Source: a marine bacterium B5-7
GTDB taxonomy: Bacteria > Pseudomonadota > Gammaproteobacteria > Arenicellales > CAJQKF01
DNA length: 64,000 nucleotides
Reading direction: 5' to 3'
Assembly: GCA_021604525.1 (NCBI GenBank)
Contig: BQJD01000017.1
Coordinates: forward strand, 11,231-75,230
Both the position numbers and the translations under genes were made by a program. Numbering within the stretch: the stretch's first letter is position 1; every line of letters begins with the position of its first letter. The notes under the pieces were generated by a model. That model had not been told where the DNA came from and did not search any database. It saw only the letters and a program-made list of their open reading frames with translations. Positions 48,175 to 57,060 of the stretch are shown here, piece by piece.

Positions 48175-49100
48175 AGTGCCAATGCCTTAAGACAGCGCGC
48201 CCGGTGTCGCCCGCCCTGGTCGGCAGCAATTGATAAGCCTGGCAGTCTCAGCGCATAACTTGTGCCGGCGCTGTCGGCATCGAGTATCCATCGGCACAAT
48301 TCGGACAGTCGTGACTCGTGGTCGGTGTTGCGGGTGTCGGCGTAGTCAAGGCATATCCCGGCACTGCCTGTGCCCTCGAACTGTTTGCTTACGAGACCGC
48401 TGCCGCGTGCGCTGTTGCGCCAGTGAATTCGGCTCGGCGGGTCCTCTTTGCGGTGACCCCTCAGGCCACGAAAATCGCCATCATCTGCATGGCTACCGTT
48501 ACCGGCCCCGTGTGCCTGGCTGTCAAATGAGATGGGTGAAGACCACACAGCAGCAGGTCGTGGATAAACAAGTTGGCTGACTTCATTGTCTGGCCCCTGA
48601 ACCAAACGCTTGCTCCAGGCACACAACAAGCCCACAGGAAAGATACTGACAAAATATATCTCGGGGAGCGGCTGCCAACCACGCGATCCGGTTTTAAAAT
48701 TCAGCTCAATACGGGTGTGACCATCTGCTGGAAGATCAAAACGCGATTGCGAATCGCCGCCGCGAAGCCACAGCGCGTATCGCGACCTGTGGCGGGTTTC
48801 ATGGACGCGAACGGAACCTTGGGCCATATCACCTGAGAATACCGGTTTGCCGGGATGTATCGATACCGATAATCCAACCAGGTTGCGCTGGGTGTAGTGC
48901 ATGGCGACGATGCCGATAGCCACCAGCATGAAGGTGAACAAGTGACCGAGACCATTGTTGTAGTTGACCGACACCAGCAGCATCATCAGGATCGCACCAG
49001 CATAAAGCATGCCGAAACGGGTCGGCAGGATATACACCTTGCGGGAGTCGGTACCAAGCGCAGGATTGCCGATATCGTCGAGGCTGTCTGCAGTTGTCAT
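48132..49100 (-). CDS. DUF58 domain-containing protein
   Basis: DUF58 signature DFRGLRGHRKEDPPSRIHWRNSARGSGLVSKQFE and two N-terminal TM helices. Sits between the MoxR and TgpA genes. Confidence 0.75.
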   Translation of the reverse strand: MTTADSLDDIGNPALGTDSRKVYILPTRFGMLYAGAILMMLLVSVNYNNGLGHLFTFMLVAIGIVAMHYTQRNLVGLSVSIHPGKPVFSGDMAQGSVRVHETRHRSRYALWLRGGDSQSRFDLPADGHTRIELNFKTGSRGWQPLPEIYFVSIFPVGLLCAWSKRLVQGPDNEVSQLVYPRPAAVWSSPISFDSQAHGAGNGSHADDGDFRGLRGHRKEDPPSRIHWRNSARGSGLVSKQFEGTGSAGICLDYADTRNTDHESRLSELCRWILDADSAGTSYALRLPGLSIAADQGGRHRARCLKALALCPDPANITQDDNP

Positions 49101-49150
49101 TTACCCAGGTCTCATGGCTGGGCGGTCGATTGACATGGCTTCAGACGGCC

Positions 49151-50107
49151 TCAATCAACGGCTACGGATTCGATCAATCGCCGGGTCAGTGCATCACGCT
49201 CAGCAGATGCCAGACCCTGAGCCAGGCGGTGTCCGATAATGGCCGGTGCGACGGCCTGAACATCCTCGGGTAACACCGCATCGCGATTATCCAGCAGTGT
49301 AAAAGCGCGCGCCGCACGCAGCAATGCAAGACCGGCGCGGGGTGACAGGCCGTTATCGATCCATGTCAGATTACGACTGGCTTCAACCAGATCGAGGACG
49401 TAACCAGTCAAAGCGTCGCTGGCGAATACGCCCTCAGCCTGACGTTGCAGTTCGATCACCTCATTGGCATCCAGAACGGCTTCAAGTTCGCGTAGCAGCG
49501 TGGTGCGATCGTCGCCCTTCAACAAGGCCTGTTCGAAGACACGCGATGGAAAGCCGATGGATAGTGTCATCATGAAACGATCGAGCTGACTTTCCGGAAG
49601 CGGGAATGTACCCGATTGCTCGTGGGGATTTTGCGTGGCGATAACAAAGAACGGCGTCGGCAGATCGTAGCTGTGACCATCGACCGAGACCTGATGCTCT
49701 TCCATCGCCTCAAGCAGGGCGCTCTGGGCACGCGGGCTGGCGCGGTTGATCTCGTCGGCCAGCACCACTTCCTTGAACAGCGGCCCTTGATGAAACTTGA
49801 ACCCTGCCCGTTCGGAATCATAGACCGATACGCCGATGACATCCGCCGGGAGCATATCGCTGGTGAACTGGATACGGTTGAAGGCAAGGCCCAGCACTCT
49901 CGCCAAGGAGTGTGCCAGGGTCGTCTTGCCGACTCCGGGATGGTCTTCAATCAACAGATGACCGCGGGCGAGGATGCAGGTCAGGCACAATCTCACCACT
50001 TCCTGCTTGCCGAGGATAAGTTCATTTATCAGAGATTCGGCGTCCGCAAGACGACTCAATGCAGATCGCTGTCGATCCGCAAGCACGTTGACCATGTCAC
50101 TCTCCAT
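49151..50107 (-). CDS. MoxR-family AAA+ ATPase
   Basis: Walker A EDHPGVGKT, Walker B VVLADEINRA and ATQNPHEQSGTFPLPESQLDRF. Confidence 0.9.
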   Translation of the reverse strand: MESDMVNVLADRQRSALSRLADAESLINELILGKQEVVRLCLTCILARGHLLIEDHPGVGKTTLAHSLARVLGLAFNRIQFTSDMLPADVIGVSVYDSERAGFKFHQGPLFKEVVLADEINRASPRAQSALLEAMEEHQVSVDGHSYDLPTPFFVIATQNPHEQSGTFPLPESQLDRFMMTLSIGFPSRVFEQALLKGDDRTTLLRELEAVLDANEVIELQRQAEGVFASDALTGYVLDLVEASRNLTWIDNGLSPRAGLALLRAARAFTLLDNRDAVLPEDVQAVAPAIIGHRLAQGLASAERDALTRRLIESVAVD

Positions 50108-50339
50108 ATGGTTATTCTATATTCACACCTTGCCACGGAACCCGTAGATCGGACAACATCCGTTATGGCAACCAGGCGGATAGAAAGGTCCCGTGCATTG
50201 TGCGGCGAATGCTGGCACGATTAACAAGATTAAATGTGCTGTAATAAAAGCTGGTGAACCAGTATCCATAATAATCTCCAGCCCGATGATAGATTGATTC
50301 AACATCAAGTATTCGGGCAACTCACCCAAGGTAGAGAAC

Positions 50340-51707
50340 ATGCAAGCGTCAGAGGTCAAGAATAAATCGGATGCCAAAAAGATCGTCCAGGAACGCGAAC
50401 TCGACTATGTAAAGGTCGCGGTATCCGATATCGACGGTATCCTGCGTGGCAAGTATATGCAGCGCGACAAATTTTTCTCAGCACTGGACGGTGGCTTCGG
50501 ATTTTGCGAAGTGGTACTCGGTTGGGATTCCAACGACAAGCTCTACGACAATGTTTCCTATACCGGCTGGCACACCGGATACGGCGACTCGATGGTCAGA
50601 GTAATTCCCGAAAGCTGTCGGGAGTTACCCCTTGAAGACAATATGTTGCTGTTTCTTTGCGAGTTTGAGGAAAAGGCCGAGGCTGTTTGTCCACGTGGGC
50701 TGCTGCGGCGGGTACTGGCCAGGGCGAACGACATGAATCTTAAGGCGACGGCCGCCTGCGAGTTTGAGTTCTTTGTTTTTGACGAAACCTCTGACAGTGT
50801 TCGAGAGAAAAATTATCGCGATCTAAAAAACATTACCCCCGGATTTTTCGGTTATTCAATGTTGCGTAATTCCGTTTACTCTGAGTTCTATGAAGATTTA
50901 CTTAAGCTGTCTACCGACATGGAATTTCCAATAGAAGGACTACATACAGAAACCGGACCCGGTGTGCTCGAAGCGGCAATTGCCCACTGCGACGCACTGA
51001 CCGCCGCGGATCGTGCGGTGCTCTTTAAAACCTATACCAAAGTTCTGGCTCAGCGAAATGGCTGGATGGCCACATTCATGGCCAAGTGGTCGCCGGATTA
51101 TCCGGGGCAGAGTGGACACATCCATATCTCGCTGTGCGACACCAAAGGCAAGCCGGTTTTCCATGACAAGAAAGATGAGCATGGAATCTCGGAAACCATG
51201 CGCCATTTCATTGGCGGTCAGCAGGCATTGATGCCCGAGTTGTTGTCCATGATAGCGCCAACGGTGAACAGCTTCACCCGCCTGATTCCCGGGTTCTGGG
51301 CGCCCACAACAGCGAGTTGGGGAGTTGAGAACCGTACCTGCGCACTGCGTGCCATTCCCGGAAAACCAAAAGCCCAGCGGGTTGAATACCGTATTGCCGC
51401 TGCCGACATCAATCCCTATGTAGCACTGGCCGCCGCGCTTGGTTCAGGGCTCTGGGGAATCGAAAATGCAATCGAACCAGGCAAGCCGGTGGTCGGTAAT
51501 GCCTACGACGTCAAAGTCCCGAGCAAGTACGAGCTGCCGGCCACTCTGTTTGAAGCCGCCGGGCGTTTGCGAAACTCATCAGCCGCCAAGGCGCTGTTTG
51601 GAGAGCCTTTCGTCGAGCACTATGCGGCGACACGTGAGTGGGAGGAGCGGGAGTTTCGTAAGCATATTACAGACTGGGAGTTGAATCGGTATCTGGAAAT
51701 CATTTAA
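50340..51707 (+). CDS. glutamine synthetase family protein (gamma-glutamyl-amine synthetase type, PuuA/IpuC/GlnA4-like)
   Basis: GS catalytic-domain blocks HTETGPGVLE, KWSPDYPGQSGHIHISL, NSFTRL and VEYRIAAADINPY. Confidence 0.85.
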   Translation: MQASEVKNKSDAKKIVQERELDYVKVAVSDIDGILRGKYMQRDKFFSALDGGFGFCEVVLGWDSNDKLYDNVSYTGWHTGYGDSMVRVIPESCRELPLEDNMLLFLCEFEEKAEAVCPRGLLRRVLARANDMNLKATAACEFEFFVFDETSDSVREKNYRDLKNITPGFFGYSMLRNSVYSEFYEDLLKLSTDMEFPIEGLHTETGPGVLEAAIAHCDALTAADRAVLFKTYTKVLAQRNGWMATFMAKWSPDYPGQSGHIHISLCDTKGKPVFHDKKDEHGISETMRHFIGGQQALMPELLSMIAPTVNSFTRLIPGFWAPTTASWGVENRTCALRAIPGKPKAQRVEYRIAAADINPYVALAAALGSGLWGIENAIEPGKPVVGNAYDVKVPSKYELPATLFEAAGRLRNSSAAKALFGEPFVEHYAATREWEEREFRKHITDWELNRYLEII

Positions 51708-51713
51708 CCAATG

Positions 51714-51910
51714 AAAAAGCCTTCAGGCGGCACACTACGGCGTTGAAGACCGATTCCAAAAAGCTCATGTACTCCATGTACACTACGCTTTTTATCATCG
51801 ACCTTCGCCTTGTATTGCACTCACCTGAAGGCTTTTTACGATGGTTACTTGCGGCACATTACGGCGTTGAATGCTTATTCAAAAATGCCCATGTATTCAA
51901 AATACACTCC
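51714..51910. repeat. composite intergenic repeat: 14-bp inverted repeat plus two 60-nt direct repeats
   Basis: AAAAAGCCTTCAGG (51714-51727) pairs with CCTGAAGGCTTTTT (51824-51837). Direct copies at 51727-51786 and 51851-51910 match at 47 of 60 positions without gaps (hand count). Confidence 0.7.
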
Positions 51911-52051
51911 ATAAAGTGAATGTGTTTATTAAAAGTATTAGTGGGTGGGAGATATGCTCACCCACCTTGCCTGGAACGGAGTCCAAAACAGGGTGGAGAA
52001 GGCTGCGCGTCATCTCCACCATTTGAATAATTTCATATAGCAGAGAAGATT

Positions 52052-53440
52052 ATGAGGACGTTTTCCGTAACATCGCCGGTCGACGGTAGTACCTATATTG
52101 AGCGCCCGTATGCCGAGGCTGCTGATATTGCCGCCGCGCTTGAACGGGCTGCTGCGGCCAGTGCCGACTGGCGACAACTGGGCATTGCCAAACGTGCCGA
52201 GCTGGTCAACCGTGCCACTGACATTTTCGTATCCCGCAAGTCCGAGATCAGTGAAGAGCTGAGCTGGCAGATGGGTCGTCCAATCCGCTACGGCGCAGGC
52301 GAGGTAGGCGGGTTCGAGGAACGTGCCCGCTACATGGCGTCCATAGCTGAATCGTCGTTGGCCGATGTGGTGCCGGCAGAGAAAAGCGGATTCAATCGTT
52401 TTATCAAGCGCGTACCGCTCGGACAAGTGTTCGTTATTGCACCGTGGAATTATCCCTACCTGACTGCGGTGAATGCCGTGGTGCCGGCGCTGTTGGCAGG
52501 AAATACAGTGATACTGAAACATTCTGCACAAACGCCCCTATGTGCTGAGCGATTCGTTCAGGCTTTCGTCGAGGCGGGGGTTCCACAAGGCGTGTTTCAA
52601 TTCCTGCATCTCGATCATGATGCAACTTCGCGCCTGGTGAAGGCGCCCGAGATCGATTTTGTGGCGTTCACCGGATCAGTTGCCGGTGGCGAAGTCGTCG
52701 AGCGCGCGGCCGCCGGTCTGTTCAAGGGTATCGGACTGGAATTGGGTGGCAAGGATCCCGCTTATATTCGCGCAGATGCCGATATCGAGCAGGCGGTTGA
52801 AACAGTTGTCGACGGCGCATTCTTTAACTCCGGACAGTCGTGCTGCGGCATTGAGCGTATCTATGTACAACGTCCAATATTCGATGACTTCGTCGAGCGC
52901 GCGGTCGCATTGGTGAACCAATACACATTGGCGCCGCCGCAACTTGAAACCACGACACTCGGACCCATGGTGCGTGCCGATGCGGCAGATTTTGTGCGCG
53001 AACAGGTCAAGGATGCCATCAATGCCGGCGCCGTCGCTCACATCGATGCAAAGGCATTTGAACACGATGCCAAAGGTACCGCGTATCTGGCACCGCAACT
53101 CCTCAGCGGGGTGGATCACAGCATGCGGGTGATGACTGAGGAGACATTTGGTCCAGTTGTGGGCGTGCAGGCAGTCGATAGCGATGACGAAGCCATTGCC
53201 TTGATGAATGACAGCGAATACGGTTTGACTGCGTCGGTGTTTACCCGTGATGAAGACGCTGCACTTAAAATTGGCGAAGCGGTCGATACCGGTACGTTTT
53301 TTATGAATCGCTGCGACTACCTCGATCCGGCTCTTGCCTGGACCGGAGTCAAGCATTCCGGTCGTGGTTGCACCTTATCCAGCATTGGTTTCGAGCAATT
53401 GAGCCGACCAAAATCCTTTCACTTCAAGACCGGTGTGTAA
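52052..53440 (+). CDS. NAD(P)-dependent aldehyde dehydrogenase
   Basis: ELGGKDP, catalytic Cys context FFNSGQSCCGIERIYV, and EETFGPV. Confidence 0.9.
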   Translation: MRTFSVTSPVDGSTYIERPYAEAADIAAALERAAAASADWRQLGIAKRAELVNRATDIFVSRKSEISEELSWQMGRPIRYGAGEVGGFEERARYMASIAESSLADVVPAEKSGFNRFIKRVPLGQVFVIAPWNYPYLTAVNAVVPALLAGNTVILKHSAQTPLCAERFVQAFVEAGVPQGVFQFLHLDHDATSRLVKAPEIDFVAFTGSVAGGEVVERAAAGLFKGIGLELGGKDPAYIRADADIEQAVETVVDGAFFNSGQSCCGIERIYVQRPIFDDFVERAVALVNQYTLAPPQLETTTLGPMVRADAADFVREQVKDAINAGAVAHIDAKAFEHDAKGTAYLAPQLLSGVDHSMRVMTEETFGPVVGVQAVDSDDEAIALMNDSEYGLTASVFTRDEDAALKIGEAVDTGTFFMNRCDYLDPALAWTGVKHSGRGCTLSSIGFEQLSRPKSFHFKTGV

Positions 53441-53447
53441 ACCTGCC

Positions 53448-54602
53448 ATGAAAGCCAACTGGAATTATCCTACATCCATTCGTGCCGGTGCTGGCCGTAT
53501 CTGTGAGCTGGCCGACTGCTGCAAGCAGCTCGGCATGAAACATCCGTTATTAATTACCGATCCGGGACTGGCACGCCTGCCGATGGTTGAAGAAGCCATC
53601 GCCGGATGTCGTCGTGAAGGACTTGAGGCCGGTCTGTTCAGTGAGATCAAGCCCAACCCCAGCGGTACCAACGTTGCTGCCGGTGTCGCTGTGTTTAACG
53701 ATGGCGGACACGACGGCGTCATAGCCTTCGGCGGCGGTAGCGGGCTCGATGCCGCCAAGGCGGTCGCACTGGTGGCGCGTCAGTCACTGTCGGTATTCGA
53801 TTTTGAAGATGTCGGCGATAACTGGAGCCGAGCCGACAGCGATGCCATTGCTCCCATCGTAGCGGTGCCGACCACAGCAGGTACCGGTTCGGAAGTAGGT
53901 CGTGCTTCGGTCATCGTGGATGAATCGGCCCATGTTAAAAAAATCATCTTTCATCCAAAAATGTTACCCGCCATTGTCATTCTCGATCCTGAATTGACAA
54001 CCGGTTTACCACGGTCGCTGACTGCTGCCACCGGCATGGATGCGTTGTCGCATAATCTCGAGGCATTGTGCTCGCCATTGTTTCATCCGCTGGCTGAAGG
54101 TATCGGTATGGAAGGGACGCGCCTGGTACAGCAATATCTGCCACGTGCGGTTGCCGATGGCAGCGATATCGAAGCACGCATGCAGATGCTGGTGGCGTCG
54201 TCCATGGGTGCGACGGCGTTTCAGCGCGGCCTCGGTGCGATGCATGCGTTGTCTCATCCATTGGGTGCGTTGTACGATGCCCATCACGGCACATTGAATG
54301 CAATCGTTATGCCCTATGTGTTACGCGCCAATGCCGACGTCATCAAACCGGTGGCCGAACGCCTGACACGATATGTCGGATTGGATAAAACCGGTCTGGA
54401 TGCATTGATCGACTGGGTACTGGCATTGCGCGCCGAAATCGGTATTCCGGCGACCCTCGCCGACATTGGCATCGATACCGCACGGGCACACGAGGTGGCG
54501 ACCATGGCAGTGGCCGATCCGACGGCGGCCACCAATCCGATCAATTTTAGCGTTGATCAATATGCCGCGATTTTCGATAACGCGGTAAATGGCAATCTGT
54601 AA
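53448..54602 (+). CDS. iron-containing (group III) alcohol dehydrogenase
   Basis: GGGSGLDAAKA, PTTAGTGSE and metal-binding His contexts LSHNLEAL and HALSHPLGALYDAHHG. Confidence 0.9.
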   Translation: MKANWNYPTSIRAGAGRICELADCCKQLGMKHPLLITDPGLARLPMVEEAIAGCRREGLEAGLFSEIKPNPSGTNVAAGVAVFNDGGHDGVIAFGGGSGLDAAKAVALVARQSLSVFDFEDVGDNWSRADSDAIAPIVAVPTTAGTGSEVGRASVIVDESAHVKKIIFHPKMLPAIVILDPELTTGLPRSLTAATGMDALSHNLEALCSPLFHPLAEGIGMEGTRLVQQYLPRAVADGSDIEARMQMLVASSMGATAFQRGLGAMHALSHPLGALYDAHHGTLNAIVMPYVLRANADVIKPVAERLTRYVGLDKTGLDALIDWVLALRAEIGIPATLADIGIDTARAHEVATMAVADPTAATNPINFSVDQYAAIFDNAVNGNL

Positions 54603-54626
54603 CGAGTACACGTTCAGGAACAACTT

Positions 54627-55397
54627 ATGAAAATCGGAATATTGCAATGTGACGATGTGCGCGAGGAACTGCGTGAGCAGGGATTCGACAACTATCCGCA
54701 AATGTTCAAGCAGCGTCTGCATGAGGTTGACCCGGATCTCGAATTTACAGTGTATCGATGTCTGGACGGCGAGATTCCTGAGCGTGTTGATGAGTGTGAT
54801 GCCTTTATCACGACCGGATCTCGTTACAGCGCCCTGGATGACGATCCGTGGATCGATGCCTTGGGTAAGTTCATGGTTAAACTGGTAGAGGCGCGTGTGC
54901 CATTGGTCTGTATCTGCTTTGGCCATCAGTTGCTGGCCAAGGCCATGGGCGGCAAAGTGGAGAAGGCATCGGTCGGCTGGGGTGTTGGCGTATCACAAAA
55001 TACCGTCAATCAAAAGGCAGGCTGGATGGGCGATGAGGCAATGACGAATGTGAATCTCATCGTCTCGCATCAGGATCAGGTTACCGAAGTACCGGAAGGC
55101 ATGACGGTAATGGGCGGCAGTGATTTCTGCCCGGTATATTTTTGTCTGGCAGGCGATTCGGCACTCACTATTCAAGGTCATCCCGAGTTCAGCCGTGCCT
55201 ATTCAAAAGCCCTGATGGAGATGCGTCGCGGGTTGATTGCAGATGATGTTATCGACGCGGGCATGAAGTCGCTCGATTTACGCGTCGATGATTGCGAGGT
55301 TTTCCGTTGGATTGTTCAATTCATGAAACAGCCGACCGGTGAGCATATGAATTCGTCATCTCAACCGGAACAAAGCAAAAGCGCGTCATCGGCCTGA
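54627..55397 (+). CDS. class I glutamine amidotransferase-like protein (possible gamma-glutamyl-amide hydrolase)
   Basis: Nucleophile elbow ICFGHQLLA and the His context QGHPEF. Confidence 0.8.
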   Translation: MKIGILQCDDVREELREQGFDNYPQMFKQRLHEVDPDLEFTVYRCLDGEIPERVDECDAFITTGSRYSALDDDPWIDALGKFMVKLVEARVPLVCICFGHQLLAKAMGGKVEKASVGWGVGVSQNTVNQKAGWMGDEAMTNVNLIVSHQDQVTEVPEGMTVMGGSDFCPVYFCLAGDSALTIQGHPEFSRAYSKALMEMRRGLIADDVIDAGMKSLDLRVDDCEVFRWIVQFMKQPTGEHMNSSSQPEQSKSASSA

Positions 55398-55422
55398 AGA
55401 CGCGCTTGTCGCTGCGGTACTG

Positions 55423-55905
55423 TTATTGAGTCGTTGATTCAGAACTTGTCGATCCGGCAGGCGCCGATTCTACGGGCGCCGATTCGCTGCCGCTGTATGT
55501 TTCCTTGACGGCCTTGGTTAATTTTTCGGTTGTCTCGGTGGTTTTATCCCATACCTTGCCGGAAACGTCCTTGGTCTTGTCCCAGGCTTCACCCGATACT
55601 TCCTTGGTCTTATTCCAGGCCTGACCCGATACCTCGACGGTTTTATCCAACGTTTTGCCGGATATTTCCTTGGTTTTATCCCAGGCCTGACCCGAAACCT
55701 CAGTGGTCTTGTCCCAGGCCTTGCCGGAAACATCCTTGGTTTTTTCGATCACGGCGTCAACTTTAGAGCCAACTGTCGATTCGCCGGTTTCCGTTGTGGT
55801 CGCGGTTGCCGTGGCCTCATCTGCCATCGCCGGCAGCGTCATGGTTAACAACAGGCCAACGCCAAATACTGCAATGGTGCGAGTGAGAATATTCTTGAAA
55901 ATCAT
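55423..55905 (-). CDS. exported protein made of 11-residue amphipathic repeats (LEA / apolipoprotein-like)
   Basis: ATG 55905 preceded by AAAGAGGA. Signal peptide MIFKNILTRTIAVFGVGLLLTMTLPAMA-DE. Six to seven DKTKEVSGxAW units. The ORF-track start at 56058 adds 51 residues with no signal peptide. Confidence 0.7.
   Translation of the reverse strand: MIFKNILTRTIAVFGVGLLLTMTLPAMADEATATATTTETGESTVGSKVDAVIEKTKDVSGKAWDKTTEVSGQAWDKTKEISGKTLDKTVEVSGQAWNKTKEVSGEAWDKTKDVSGKVWDKTTETTEKLTKAVKETYSGSESAPVESAPAGSTSSESTTQ
55516..55746 (-). repeat. coding tandem repeat, 33-nt unit, about 7 copies
   Basis: Encodes EKTKDVSGKAW DKTTEVSGQAW DKTKEISGKTL DKTVEVSGQAW NKTKEVSGEAW DKTKDVSGKVW DKTTETTEKLT. Confidence 0.8.
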
Positions 55906-56113
55906 CGATAAGTCCTCTTTTATAAGTTCGTGTTTGTCATGGTTACGCGTGTGGCGATTTAAAAGACCATTGGTAATTTTTTGCCTTTTTGACATGTCAT
56001 TTGGGCGCAACTGATAAACGGTCCTTGAGTCTGCGAGCGGTTCGTTGCTAGAGTCCATGGCCCACGACGCGATATGTCATTATCGACAATAATTCCGTTT
56101 GTATGAATGCACC

Positions 56114-57040
56114 ATGAATTTGATCAAAATCGGTACCAGGGCGAGCCAGCTTGCACTCTGGCAGGCCCATTACGTGGCCAACAACTTGCGGCGAATCCAT
56201 TCAGGAATTCAAGTTGAACTCGTTGAGATTACAAGCCAGGGAGACAAGACCCTCGACGTACCGTTGTCGGCGGTGGGTGGCAAGGGTCTGTTTTTAAAAG
56301 AGCTTGAAGAAGCGTTGCTGGATGACTCAATCGACCTCGCTGTGCATTCGATGAAAGACGTAACGGTGACTTTACCCGACGGGCTGCATATCCCCATAAT
56401 CTGCAAACGCGATGACCCGCGAGATGCCTTCGTGTCGAATCGTTATGCGTCGCTCAAGGAAATGCCCGAAGGCGCGGTGGTCGGAAGTTGCAGCTTGCGT
56501 CGACGAAGTATTCTGCGTCATCATTATCCCCATCTGCGGGTTGAGAATCTGCGTGGTAACGTCAACACCCGTCTCAAGCGGCTTGATGACGGCGACTACG
56601 ATGCCATCATTCTTGCCTGCGCCGGACTTAAGCGTCTTGATATGGCAGAGCGAATTCGCACACCGCTCGATACGGATGTATTTCTGCCGGCGGTTGGTCA
56701 GGGTGCTGTCGGAATTGAATGTCGTATCAATGATGCGCGTGTTAACCAACTCATCGCGCCACTTTCACATGACAAGACTGCGCGCTGTGTCGCCGCAGAA
56801 CGAATAGTCAACGAAGCGCTGGATGGGGGTTGTCATGTTCCCATTGCCGCTTTCGCGACCATTGATAAAAATCAGCTTGCGCTACGCGCACTCGTCGGCG
56901 ATCCCGACGGTGGTCAGCTACTGACCGCCAGAGGTGTCGCTGAGATCGACAAAGCCAATGATCTGGCGAGGAACGTCGCAGAACAATTACTTGAAAAAGG
57001 CGCGGGCGACATTCTTCGTGATGTCTACGCCACAGCCTGA
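56114..57040 (+). CDS. hemC: hydroxymethylbilane synthase (porphobilinogen deaminase)
   Basis: IKIGTRASQLALWQA, GDK, GKGLFLKELE, VHSMKD, RGNVNTRL and the dipyrromethane Cys context DGGCHVPIA. Confidence 0.92.
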   Translation: MNLIKIGTRASQLALWQAHYVANNLRRIHSGIQVELVEITSQGDKTLDVPLSAVGGKGLFLKELEEALLDDSIDLAVHSMKDVTVTLPDGLHIPIICKRDDPRDAFVSNRYASLKEMPEGAVVGSCSLRRRSILRHHYPHLRVENLRGNVNTRLKRLDDGDYDAIILACAGLKRLDMAERIRTPLDTDVFLPAVGQGAVGIECRINDARVNQLIAPLSHDKTARCVAAERIVNEALDGGCHVPIAAFATIDKNQLALRALVGDPDGGQLLTARGVAEIDKANDLARNVAEQLLEKGAGDILRDVYATA

Positions 57041-57060
57041 TCAGCCCCGTCAGTCTCGCA

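Noticed and set aside
50213-50228. TGGCAC hexamer upstream of the GS-like gene as a possible sigma-54 promoter.
   Set aside because: The required TTGC element five nucleotides downstream is absent (sequence reads TGGCACGATTAACAAG).
52676-53356. 226-aa minus-strand ORF antisense to the second ALDH, and a 201-aa ORF at 54321-54926 spanning the ADH/amidotransferase junction.
   Set aside because: Both are nested opposite genes with complete catalytic motifs, and neither has a recognisable domain.
55518-55766. ORFs in two alternative frames over the 33-nt repeat: a minus-strand PGxRP-rich 71-aa ORF and a plus-strand 78-aa ORF.
   Set aside because: Periodic repeats keep all frames open. Only the DKTKEVSGxAW frame has a ribosome-binding site, a signal peptide and a sensible composition.
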